Virus record (IMG/VR): IMGVR_UViG_3300015171_000001
Location: 93,281 to 157,280 of that record
Source: a virus
Direction: 5' to 3' (one strand)
DNA: 64,000 nucleotides
Both the position numbers and the translations under genes were made by a program. This document shows, in pieces, positions 1 through 9,940 of the stretch (positions within the stretch are counted from its first letter, which is position 1; every line of letters begins with the position of its first letter). Below the pieces are notes generated by a model. It was not told where the DNA came from. It saw only the letters and a program-made list of their open reading frames with translations, and made no database searches.

Positions 1-1626
1 AATTATAAAATACAAATTCAAAATGTTAAATTGGCTGGTCAAGTTCCAGGAAGTGATTATGGATTATTTGATCTTGTTGTGCGATCTTTTACAGATACAG
101 ACAGAAGACCATATGTACTTGAAAGATATTCTAATTTATCATTAGATCCATCTTCAGTAAATTATATCGCAAGAAGAATTGGAGATTCTTATAGTTCAAT
201 TGACTATAATGGAAAAATTTTACAATTTGGTACATATAATAATCAAAGTAAATATGTGAGAGTTGAAATGACTGTTTCTCCAATTCCAGTAACAGCAGTT
301 CCTTATGGATTCGATTCTTATGCAAGTCCTATTGGTGGTCAATATGCACATTCAATTCCATTGATGACATATACAAGTGCAAGTATTTATTCTAAACAAC
401 CAGGAAAATATTCAAGTGGTATTGTTTTTCAACCTGCACCTGCTGGTGCTGATGCAGAATTATCCGCATTATATCCTGATGGTACTTCTCAAGGGGCTGA
501 ATTAGATAACTTACAATATTTTGCACCAATTCCAGAAAATTCAGTAACAGGAAATAATTATTTTGATTTAAATGATTTCTGTGGAATTCCTGCTGTATAT
601 AGTCCGTCTAATGAAAGTACTAATATATTGATGAGAAATTTCACATTAGGATTTCAACAAGGATTTGACGGGGGTTCTCCTTCTATTCCTAAATTATTAG
701 GAAATGATATTCTTCCTTCAAATACACAAGGATTAGACTGTACCTCAATTGTTTCCAGTGGAAGCGTTGCTTATAAAAATTGTTTAGATGCATTGTCAAA
801 TGCAGATGAATTTGATATTAACTTATTAGCTACACCAGGAATTCTTTATAACTTACATCCGCATGTTGTAAACTTGGGGGTTAACATTTGTGAAAATCGT
901 GGAGATGCATTTTATATCTTTGATATTTATGCAAATCAAACTGCTGGTGGAAACTCAATTGATAATGTTGTTTCTACTGCGGCTGAATTTGATACTAATT
1001 ATGCAGCTACTTATTATCCTTGGATTAAAATAGTTGATACAAACACAAACCAAATAATAACAGTTCCTCCTTCAGTTGTGATGCCTTCTATTTACGCACA
1101 AAATGATAAAGTTGCTAATGAATGGAATGCACCTGCTGGTTTAAATCGTGGTGGAATTACTCAGGCTGTTGGTGTTGTTGATAGATTGACACAAACAGAT
1201 CGTGATACATTATATGATGGCAGAGTTAATCCAATTGCTTCTTTTCCAGGAACTGGAATTGTTGCGTGGGGTCAAAAAACTCTTCAAGTATTGCCAAGTG
1301 CTCTTGATAGAGTAAATGTAAGAAGATTGTTGATTGCTCTTAAAAAGTTCATTGCAAGTTCTTCAAAGTATTTGTTATTTGAACAAAATGTCGCAACTAC
1401 AAGAAATAAATTCTTAAGTATTGTTAATCCTTATCTTGAAAGTGTTGTGCAACGTAATGGTTTATACGCATTCAGAGTTCAAATGGATGCCAATAATAAT
1501 ACGGCTGCATTAATAGATCAAAATATATTATATGGTAACATATTTTTACAGCCAACCAAATCCATAGAAATAATTTTACTTGATTTCCGTGTACTTCCTA
1601 GTGGAGCCGTGTTCCCAAATGACTAA
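1..1626 (+). CDS. Contractile tail sheath protein (gp18-like), 5'-truncated by the window edge
   Basis: Frame is open from base 1. C-terminal sheath motifs: YAATYYPW, WNAPAGLNRG, RVNPIASFPGTGIVAWGQKTLQ, ALDRVNVRRLL, FEQN, FLQPTKSIEII. Confidence 0.95.
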   Translation, partial: NYKIQIQNVKLAGQVPGSDYGLFDLVVRSFTDTDRRPYVLERYSNLSLDPSSVNYIARRIGDSYSSIDYNGKILQFGTYNNQSKYVRVEMTVSPIPVTAVPYGFDSYASPIGGQYAHSIPLMTYTSASIYSKQPGKYSSGIVFQPAPAGADAELSALYPDGTSQGAELDNLQYFAPIPENSVTGNNYFDLNDFCGIPAVYSPSNESTNILMRNFTLGFQQGFDGGSPSIPKLLGNDILPSNTQGLDCTSIVSSGSVAYKNCLDALSNADEFDINLLATPGILYNLHPHVVNLGVNICENRGDAFYIFDIYANQTAGGNSIDNVVSTAAEFDTNYAATYYPWIKIVDTNTNQIITVPPSVVMPSIYAQNDKVANEWNAPAGLNRGGITQAVGVVDRLTQTDRDTLYDGRVNPIASFPGTGIVAWGQKTLQVLPSALDRVNVRRLLIALKKFIASSSKYLLFEQNVATTRNKFLSIVNPYLESVVQRNGLYAFRVQMDANNNTAALIDQNILYGNIFLQPTKSIEIILLDFRVLPSGAVFPND

Positions 1627-1645
1627 TAATCAATAACTTATAAAC

Positions 1646-1677
1646 AAAAATGGAAACTGTAAAAAGTTTCCATTTTT
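1646..1677 (+). terminator. Rho-independent terminator after the sheath gene
   Basis: Inverted repeat AAAAATGGAAAC...GTTTCCATTTTT. Confidence 0.75.
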
Positions 1678-1722
1678 GTATATTAGTGGATATATTACAA
1701 ATTTATCCATATATGTAAATGT

Positions 1723-2576
1723 GTGGACAAATTACATATATTAAAAGAAGTTTTAGAAAAAAATAAAGAATGTTTTTGGATTGTGTTAAAATCTCACCAT
1801 CCTTTATTATTTAATGAAATCAACGATTTGTCTGGAAAAAATTTTTCGGAAAAAGTATATAAATTTTTAAATAATAATATCATTCCAAAATGTGAGTGTT
1901 GTGGCGGTAATTCTTCTTTTTTAAGTTTATATAAAGGATATTTAAAATATTGTTCTAATAAATGTAGAGGAAAGACGCAAACACAAAATGCGCAAAAAAC
2001 ATTAAATTGTGTTTTTTGTGGTAAAGAATTTTCAAAATTAAATTCAAGAAAAAACATAACTTGTTCTATTGAGTGTGCTAAAAATCATAGTGCTTCTAAA
2101 TCAGTTAGAGATGTGTGTGTAATTAAACAAAAAGAAACAGTATTACAAAAGTATGGGGTTGATCATTTTTCAAAAACAAAAATGTTTTCAGAAAAATTAA
2201 AAAATACAAAATTAATAAGATATGACGACGAAAACTATGTAAATTTTGTTAAAGCAAAAGAAACAAAATTGATTAAATATGGAAATGCTAATTTTAATAA
2301 TAGAGAAAAATCAAATAAGACCTGTTTAAAAAAATATAATGTTGACAGTGTTAGTAAAATTCCAGAAGTAAGAAAAAAAGCAGAAACAACAATGATGCTT
2401 AAATATGGAATTCATTGTGGATTATGCTTACTAATGCAGTTGTTCATTTAACTTCCAAGGAAATTTGGGCTAAAGATAAAAATCGTGTGAAATTATTAGA
2501 ATCCAAAGGATATAATGTAAATATTATATGGGAGGATCATAATAATGAAAGTTTAAGACAATTTGATTTAATTTGA
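1723..2576 (+). pseudogene. Degenerate free-standing homing-endonuclease-like gene (Zn fingers, KYG repeats, out-of-frame Vsr-like C-terminus)
   Basis: ORF 1723-2451 has CxxC...YCSNKC fingers and 'K.T...KYG' repeats. A different frame from about 2448 reads LTSKEIWAKDKNRVKLLESKGYNVNIIWED, a typical Vsr/PD-(D/E)xK tail. The catalytic middle part is missing. Confidence 0.7.
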
Positions 2577-2622
2577 TCTAATATAAAATTAAAATATATT
2601 TATATACTAATTACAAAAAACA

Positions 2623-3168
2623 ATGATTACTTCGAACAATCCAATAGACACATCAGTTTCCAGTTTCAAAATGATTGCAAGTCCACTTGGTGGGGATTTG
2701 TTTCCTATTTTGAGTCAAATTACTGGGAGCGATTGGCAAAATTATAGTATTAGATATATTGATTTACATGATGCAATATTATCATCTGTTACATCTTCTA
2801 TTGTTACTGGTTCTATTCAAAATGCTGTCAGTGCGAGTTATGCGGTTTTTTCAAGGACATCAAATTCTTCTAGTTTTTCTACAAATTCACAAACAGCATC
2901 AATTTCAATTACATCGAGTTATGCATTGACTGCGAGTGGTTTTACAAATAGATCATATAATGCTTCTATTGGTGATGGTACAAGTCAAACATTTGTATTG
3001 GGTCATAATTTAGGGACAAATAGTTTATTATATTCTATGTATGATGTAACTTCTTCACAAGCTGTAATACCGAGTTTAACATTTACAGACAATAATAATG
3101 CTTCTTTACATTTTTCTAGTGTCCCCGCCGCAAATCAATACAGCATTGTTTTATTTAAACCAATTTAA
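2623..3168 (+). CDS. Putative virion/fibre-associated protein
   Basis: SASYA/SSYALTAS repeats shared with the 4309 protein, a C-terminal 'IGDGTSQTFVLGHNLGT' beta domain, and an upstream TATTTATA motif. Confidence 0.6.
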   Translation: MITSNNPIDTSVSSFKMIASPLGGDLFPILSQITGSDWQNYSIRYIDLHDAILSSVTSSIVTGSIQNAVSASYAVFSRTSNSSSFSTNSQTASISITSSYALTASGFTNRSYNASIGDGTSQTFVLGHNLGTNSLLYSMYDVTSSQAVIPSLTFTDNNNASLHFSSVPAANQYSIVLFKPI

Positions 3169-3170
3169 TT

Positions 3171-4271
3171 ATGTTATTAGAATCTTTATCAGAATATAAT
3201 AAAAATTGTATTTCTAGATTTTGTTCATATTGTTTTAAAACTTTAAAGATTGAAAATCCTTGTAAAGTAATAATGTGTTCAGAAACTCCTAGTAAAACTA
3301 GTTTTGCATATTATGACCCGAACAACAAATCTTTAAAAGTTTCTTATAAAAATAGAAATTTGGCAGATGTTTTAAGAAGTATTGCCCACGAAATTGTTCA
3401 TTATAAACAAGATTTATTGGGAATATTACATGAGAAGAGTGGAATTACAGGAAGTAAACACGAGAATCAAGCAAATTCTCTTGCCGGAATTTTAATGAGA
3501 AATTGGGCTAAAAAAGATCCTACTATATTTAAAACATTATTATCTGAATCAAATTCTGGTATTCAATCTAATGAAAAATATTCCAAAATAAAAGAATTAA
3601 TAAAGCAAGAAGTAATTCAAGTATTAAAAATTCTTCCACAGAACGAATCATTTTACAATTTAAAAAAAAAGAATAAACAATATTCAGATATAATAGATGG
3701 GGAAGTTGGGTTAAAAGTAAAAGTTATTGATAGAGTTGTAAATTTTTATATTGTCGTTGAATTTGTTGATAATTTAAAATTGACCGACGATAATTTTATT
3801 TCTGGAATGTATTATGGAAAAGGAAATTCTATTTATTTAAAAATAAAAGCATATAATCCAGAAAGTAAAATATTTAAAGATGATATGTCTGCGATGGTTA
3901 TTGGTGGGAAAAATTATTCTAAGTTTTTAAATTTAACTCCAAGAGATGTTATTTCCTCAAAAACATTGGAAAAAGTAACAGATCACGAAACAGTACATTA
4001 TTTTAATGATAAAATAAATAAAGTGGATCATTCTAATGTTAAACCCCAAGACATAAATTCAAAATACAAATATCTTTCTGAACCAGAAGAAATTCTTGCA
4101 TATACTGCACAATTGGTAAATGATATTAAAAATTCACACGAGAAAACATTAGAAGATTTTCTTAAAAAATCCTCGTGGTGGTTAGAATATGAAAAAGAAG
4201 TTTTTCCAAAAAATCCAAAAATTAGAAGTAAAATGTTATCAAAATTAGCAAATGCATGGAATGCTAAATAA
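3171..4271 (+). CDS. Two-domain zincin-like (HExxH) protein
   Basis: RSIAHEIVHYKQ...ENQANSLAG and DHETVHYFN...YLSEPEEILAY, separated by a Glu/Lys-rich linker. Confidence 0.65.
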   Translation: MLLESLSEYNKNCISRFCSYCFKTLKIENPCKVIMCSETPSKTSFAYYDPNNKSLKVSYKNRNLADVLRSIAHEIVHYKQDLLGILHEKSGITGSKHENQANSLAGILMRNWAKKDPTIFKTLLSESNSGIQSNEKYSKIKELIKQEVIQVLKILPQNESFYNLKKKNKQYSDIIDGEVGLKVKVIDRVVNFYIVVEFVDNLKLTDDNFISGMYYGKGNSIYLKIKAYNPESKIFKDDMSAMVIGGKNYSKFLNLTPRDVISSKTLEKVTDHETVHYFNDKINKVDHSNVKPQDINSKYKYLSEPEEILAYTAQLVNDIKNSHEKTLEDFLKKSSWWLEYEKEVFPKNPKIRSKMLSKLANAWNAK

Positions 4272-4308
4272 ATCAATTTCTAAATAATATTTCATTATAT
4301 TTATAGTT

Positions 4309-7300
4309 ATGTCGATTTATATTCCAAATCAAACAACTATTGCTGGAAACCTTACTGTACAAGGAAGTATTACTGCCTCATATATTCAAGGCACAGCTTC
4401 TTATGTACAAGGAACATCTTCATATTCAACTATTGCTAATTCAGCATCATACGCATCCAGTAGTACATTGTCACAGACATCATCATATGCTTTAAATGCT
4501 GTTGGTTTAAATTCAGGAAGTTTTACAGGATCATTTACAGGATCAATATTAGGAACATCGAGTTTTTCAAATTCTTCTAGTTATGCTTTCAATTCAAATT
4601 TATCACAAACTTCTAGTTATAATTTAAATTCTATTTCGTCAAGTTATTCACTAAATTCAACGACTGCATCTTATGCATTAAATGCAGTAGGTTTAAATAG
4701 TGGATCATTCACTGGAAGTTTTTCGGGTAGTTTATTAGGAACATCTAGTTATTCATTATTATCTTTAAGTAGCAGCTATGCTTCTAGTTCTACTATTTCC
4801 CAAACGGCTTCTTATGTTTTAAATTCAATAAGTGCATCTTATTCACAAAATGCATTAACAGCTTCATACGCTCTTAATGCCATTGGATTAAATTCAGGCT
4901 CATTTACTGGTTCTTTCATAGGATCATTATTGGGAACATCTTCTTACTCAACTATTGCCAATTCTTCGTCTTATGCATCTAGTTCCACATTATCGCAAAC
5001 TTCTAGTTATGCATTAAATGCTATTGGGCTAAATACTGGGAGTTTTACAGGATCGTTTACTGGAAGTTTATTAGGATCTAGTTCATATGCATTAAATTCC
5101 AATAATAGCATAACTGCATCATATGCATCTAGTTCTATTTCTTCATCATTTTCGCAAACATCTTCATATACTAATGGAGGGGCAACGACAGGAAGTAATT
5201 CGTTTGTTGGAAATCAAACAATAACAGGAAATTTAAATGTTATTGGGACGGCATCTATATCTGTAATTTATACAAATTATATAACAGCGTCTACTGAGTA
5301 CAGTACGGGTTCAAATATTTTTGGAAATAGTCAAGCAAATACACATCAATTTACTGGAAGTGTATACATCACTGGAAGTTTAACTTCACCAAATATTACC
5401 GGATCTTTATTAGGAACATCTAGTTATGCAACTTTTTCAAATTCTTCAAGTTATGCTTCCAGTTCTACATTATCACAAACTTCTAGTTATAATTTAAATT
5501 CAGTAAGTTCATCATTTTCTACAACGGCATCTTATGCATTAAATGCTGTGGGTTTAAATTCAGGAAGTTTTACGGGATCATTTACAGGAAGTATTAATGG
5601 TTCAAGCTCTTATTCATCAAATTCTAACAATAGCATAAGTTCGTCGTTTGCATCGAGTTCTATATCTTCGTCATATACAGCAACCGCCTCAATTTCTTAT
5701 AATGTTAGTGGTAGTGGAACTGGTTCATTTACAGGATCGTTTTCTGGAACGCATACGGGGTCATATACTGGTTCTTATACAGGCTCATTTACGGGAAGTT
5801 TCACAGGATCTTTATCCGGCACTTCTTCATATTCTATTACATCTTCTTATGCATTAAATGCTGTGGGTTTAAATTCAGGAAGTTTTACTGGTAGTTTTAC
5901 TGGTTCTCACACAGGAAGTTTTAATGGATCAATGACGGGAAGTCATACAGGATCATTTACCGGATCTTATACTGGATCTTTTATTGGAAATCACACTGGA
6001 TCATATACAGGAAGTTTTAATGGATTAATGTCTGGAAGTTCAACTGGTTCTTTTACGGGATCTTATACTGGTAGTTTTACGGGAAGTTTTCTAGGAACCT
6101 CTTCATTTTCTTTAGTTGCCGGTAATTCAACAACATCATCCTATGCTTTAAATGCTGTCGGTTTAAATACTGGAAGTTTTACTGGGTCATTTACTGGATC
6201 TTTATTAGGATCTAGTTCTTATTCATTAAATTCTAATAATAGCATAAGTTCAAGTTATGCATCGAGTTCAGTATCTTCTTCATTTTCACAAACCTCGTCT
6301 ATTGGTTATAATGTTAGTGGAAGTGGAACGGGGTCATTTACAGGAAGTTTTACTGGAAGCTTTACTGGTATTATTACCGGATCATTACAAGGAACTTCAT
6401 CATTTTCATTTAATTCAGTTACTGCCTCTTATATATTAGGGGGAGCTACAGTTTCTTCTGCTTCTTATGCAACTTTCGCATCTAACGGAAGTGGCTCTTT
6501 TACTGGGTCTTTTTCTGGTTCTTTAACAGGAACATCTAGTTATGCAACGTTTGCAAATTCTGCATCATATGCATCTAGTTCTACATTGTCACAAACTTCC
6601 AGTTATAATTTAAATTCTGTAAGTTCGTCATATTCACAAACTTCTTCAACTTCTTCTTATGCATTAAATGCATTGAATTTAAATACAGGATCATTTACAG
6701 GAAGTTTCACCGGATCATTATTAGGAACATCTAGTTATTCAATAATATCTTTGAGTGGTAGTTATGCTTCCAGTAGTACATTATCACAAACTTCTAGTTA
6801 TAATTTAAATTCAGTATCAAGTTCTTTCTCAAATAATTCTATAAATAGCTTAACTTCTAGTTATGCATCAAGTTCAATATCTTCTTCATTTTCACAAACA
6901 TCATCAATTTCTTATAATGTTAGTGGAAGTGGATCGGGGTCGTTTACCGGAAGTTTTACAGGATCACTATTAGGAACTTCTTCTTATGCATTAAATTCTT
7001 TAACTTCTAGTTATTCAATTAATTCAACAACTGCGTCATATGCCTTAAATGGTGGCTCTAGTTCAACTGGAAGTTTTACTGGTTCATTTACTGGAAGTTT
7101 ATTAGGAACATCAAGTTATTCGTTAATATCTTTAAGTAGTAGTTACGCATCTAGTAGTACATTATCACAGACATCGTCATATGCTCTTAATGCAGTGGGA
7201 TTAAATAGTGGATCGTTTACTGGTTCATTTACTGGATCATTATTAGGATCTTCATCATATTCCATAACTTCTAGTTATTCTTCTACAAGCAATATATCAA

Positions 7301-8502
7301 ATACTGCCAGTTATAATTTAAATTCAATTAGTGCATCTTATTCACAAAATTCAGACACATCATCTTTTTCAAATAATTTATTTGTCTCTGGAAATTTATT
7401 TATATTAAATTCTTCTTCATTTGATAGCGGGTCGTTTATAACTGATGGAAGGGGAAATGTTTCAGGATCTTCATTTACAGGATCATTTAATGGAGTATTT
7501 ACTGGAAGTTTATTTGGCACATCCTCAAATTCAATTAGTGCATCATATTGTGTTAATTCTATAACAGCTTCTTATGCATTAAATTCTAATAATAGCATAA
7601 CTTCTAGCTATGCATCGAGTTCAATATCATCTTCTTTTTCACAAACAGCATCATATGTACTGAATGCAGTAGGTTTAAATAGTGGTTCTTTTACAGGAAG
7701 TTTTACTGGATCATTATTAGGTTCTTCAAGTTATTCAATAACAAGCGCATATTCATTAACTTCGAGCTATTTAAATACAACAATAATAGGAATTCAAGAT
7801 TTTATTGATTTATTAAGTACAGGATCTATTCTTGGTAATAACAATCAAATTATATCAAGTTCCTTATCAAATATTATTGGTTATAATAATTATATTTTAT
7901 TGTCTCCATCTAGTTCCACTATTGGATTTAATAATTCAATGAGTTTTGCGAGTAGGTCCTTCATAGTAGGAAATGGTAATAATATAAGTTCTGGAAGTAG
8001 TATTCATATATTTGGAAGTTCAAATAACATAACAACCGCAAGTAATTCTTATGTATTTGGACATAATATAACATTAACAAATATATCTAATTTAAATTAT
8101 TTTACTGGAAGTACGCGGTTGGATGGTGGAATGGTTAAAACCGATGGATTTGGAAATGTATCGGGATCATCTTTTACAGGTTCATTTAATGGAAATTTAA
8201 TAGGAACTGCCTCATATTCTAATTCATCAAGTTATGCATTCACATCTTCTTATGCATTAAATGCAGTGGGATTAAATACTGGCAGTTTTACTGGCAGTTT
8301 TACTGGATTAATGACTGGAAGTTATACAGGATCATTTACTGGATCATTCACGGGGTCTTTCACCGGAAGTTTATTGGGAACGGCTTCTTATGCATTAAAC
8401 TCTAATAATAGTACATCTTCTTCTTTTTCACAAACATCTAGTTATTTTATTAGTCAATCTATACTAAACAATAATGCAATGTATTACGCAATAGCCCTTT
8501 AA
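4309..8502 (+). CDS. Giant Ser/Gly/Thr-rich repetitive fibre-like virion protein (1397 aa)
   Basis: Recurrent SSYALNAVGLNSGSFTGSFTGSLLGTSSY units and (GSFT)n runs, almost no charged residues, C-terminal YYAIAL, located in the tail module. Confidence 0.7.
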   Translation: MSIYIPNQTTIAGNLTVQGSITASYIQGTASYVQGTSSYSTIANSASYASSSTLSQTSSYALNAVGLNSGSFTGSFTGSILGTSSFSNSSSYAFNSNLSQTSSYNLNSISSSYSLNSTTASYALNAVGLNSGSFTGSFSGSLLGTSSYSLLSLSSSYASSSTISQTASYVLNSISASYSQNALTASYALNAIGLNSGSFTGSFIGSLLGTSSYSTIANSSSYASSSTLSQTSSYALNAIGLNTGSFTGSFTGSLLGSSSYALNSNNSITASYASSSISSSFSQTSSYTNGGATTGSNSFVGNQTITGNLNVIGTASISVIYTNYITASTEYSTGSNIFGNSQANTHQFTGSVYITGSLTSPNITGSLLGTSSYATFSNSSSYASSSTLSQTSSYNLNSVSSSFSTTASYALNAVGLNSGSFTGSFTGSINGSSSYSSNSNNSISSSFASSSISSSYTATASISYNVSGSGTGSFTGSFSGTHTGSYTGSYTGSFTGSFTGSLSGTSSYSITSSYALNAVGLNSGSFTGSFTGSHTGSFNGSMTGSHTGSFTGSYTGSFIGNHTGSYTGSFNGLMSGSSTGSFTGSYTGSFTGSFLGTSSFSLVAGNSTTSSYALNAVGLNTGSFTGSFTGSLLGSSSYSLNSNNSISSSYASSSVSSSFSQTSSIGYNVSGSGTGSFTGSFTGSFTGIITGSLQGTSSFSFNSVTASYILGGATVSSASYATFASNGSGSFTGSFSGSLTGTSSYATFANSASYASSSTLSQTSSYNLNSVSSSYSQTSSTSSYALNALNLNTGSFTGSFTGSLLGTSSYSIISLSGSYASSSTLSQTSSYNLNSVSSSFSNNSINSLTSSYASSSISSSFSQTSSISYNVSGSGSGSFTGSFTGSLLGTSSYALNSLTSSYSINSTTASYALNGGSSSTGSFTGSFTGSLLGTSSYSLISLSSSYASSSTLSQTSSYALNAVGLNSGSFTGSFTGSLLGSSSYSITSSYSSTSNISNTASYNLNSISASYSQNSDTSSFSNNLFVSGNLFILNSSSFDSGSFITDGRGNVSGSSFTGSFNGVFTGSLFGTSSNSISASYCVNSITASYALNSNNSITSSYASSSISSSFSQTASYVLNAVGLNSGSFTGSFTGSLLGSSSYSITSAYSLTSSYLNTTIIGIQDFIDLLSTGSILGNNNQIISSSLSNIIGYNNYILLSPSSSTIGFNNSMSFASRSFIVGNGNNISSGSSIHIFGSSNNITTASNSYVFGHNITLTNISNLNYFTGSTRLDGGMVKTDGFGNVSGSSFTGSFNGNLIGTASYSNSSSYAFTSSYALNAVGLNTGSFTGSFTGLMTGSYTGSFTGSFTGSFTGSLLGTASYALNSNNSTSSSFSQTSSYFISQSILNNNAMYYAIAL

Positions 8503-8512
8503 AAATAAAAAT

Positions 8513-9937
8513 ATGAGAATCGTCATCAAAGATTATACCTTTAACAAAACATCAGGAACTATAACTTTCTCTGATTATACAACAATAACACAAGAAAATA
8601 TATTCTTAATTGTTGATGCTACAAATAATACAATAATATATCAAACTAATGCTAGTGGATTTGGTGGTACTGTTTCTGGTAATGTATTAACATTAATATA
8701 TAATACAAATACATCTGCATTCAATAACACAGACAAATTACAAATTTTTTATGAAGACACCACACCAGTGCAGCTTGTTAGTGGATCTTCGAGTGTTGTA
8801 ATAAAAAACACTCAGCCAGATGGCACGGAAAATGGGTTGCTTGTCAGACCTACAGGAAATACAAGGACTGTTACAGGGTCTTTAACAAATGGACAATTTT
8901 TGCAAATTGCTACTGCGGATTTGGGTGGATTGGGAATAAATGTCAACGGATTGACTGGGTCTCTTTCTGTTTCAGCATCGGTAGACAGTATTAATTTTTC
9001 TTCACTTGGATTATTTTCTTTTTCTGGAGGAACGGGATCAGCTATAATATCGTTAAATGGAAATTACGAATGTTCCATTGGAAATACAAAAGTTGTACAA
9101 ATTACAGCAGATAATGTTACCGGATCTGTCAACTTAACAATGGTTGATACTCTATGGTCAAGACTTACAAAAGTATATCAATCCACTGCTGCTAATTTAC
9201 AAACTGTTTCTTGGTTGTCTGATAGCTCTGGGAAGGGGATTACTAGTAATAGTGGATCATTAAATGTTTTTGTCAGCGGATCTATATTAGCAGCAAATGC
9301 TGCACAAGAAAATGGAAATTTGGCACTTATATTATCCGCATCAAATCAAAGTACTTCTTCTTTATTTCAAATATCATCTTCATTATCTAGTCTTGTTGGA
9401 TTAAATAATATATATGGACAAAAACAAATGGTTAGTAGCAGTGCTGTCGTTATTGCTTCTGATCAAACCCCAATATCTATATCAACAGTATCTACGGCGT
9501 CGTCATTTACTCCGTTAATAACTAGTGGATCTGCATACACTGCCAATCAATTATGTGGATCGGGATCTATGTTATTCACAAATGTCATAAGAAATAATTC
9601 CGGTCTATTAGAATCTATTTATATTAATTGCAAATCTGTACAAACCACCGGACTTAAATTTTATGCATTTAATTCAAATCCGTCCAGCACAACCTGGAAT
9701 GATAAAAGTGCGCCTTCAATTAATGCGGCAGATTTTAATAAATTAATAGGGGTTTATTCTTTAAGTAGTCCAGATAGCGGATTAGGAACTCATACAAATT
9801 ATTGTTTAGACGGTATTGGAAAATCTTTTTATATTTCAGGAAGTACATCATTATATGGTGTTTTAGTTGTGACAGGAACTCCTACATTTTTTAGTACATC
9901 AGATTTAATAATAACTCTAAATATAGTAGAAGATTGA
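8513..9937 (+). CDS. Putative fibre-associated structural protein
   Basis: N-terminal YTFNKTSGTITF...LIVDATNNTIIY...DKLQIFYE domain of a kind seen in large-phage structural proteins. Ser/Gly-rich and directly downstream of the fibre gene. Confidence 0.55.
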   Translation: MRIVIKDYTFNKTSGTITFSDYTTITQENIFLIVDATNNTIIYQTNASGFGGTVSGNVLTLIYNTNTSAFNNTDKLQIFYEDTTPVQLVSGSSSVVIKNTQPDGTENGLLVRPTGNTRTVTGSLTNGQFLQIATADLGGLGINVNGLTGSLSVSASVDSINFSSLGLFSFSGGTGSAIISLNGNYECSIGNTKVVQITADNVTGSVNLTMVDTLWSRLTKVYQSTAANLQTVSWLSDSSGKGITSNSGSLNVFVSGSILAANAAQENGNLALILSASNQSTSSLFQISSSLSSLVGLNNIYGQKQMVSSSAVVIASDQTPISISTVSTASSFTPLITSGSAYTANQLCGSGSMLFTNVIRNNSGLLESIYINCKSVQTTGLKFYAFNSNPSSTTWNDKSAPSINAADFNKLIGVYSLSSPDSGLGTHTNYCLDGIGKSFYISGSTSLYGVLVVTGTPTFFSTSDLIITLNIVED

Positions 9938-9940
9938 TTT

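Noticed and set aside
4309-8502. Ice-nucleation protein
   Set aside because: Ser/Thr/Gly/Tyr-rich, but it lacks the strict 16-residue AGYGSTxTA periodicity, and the context is a phage tail module.
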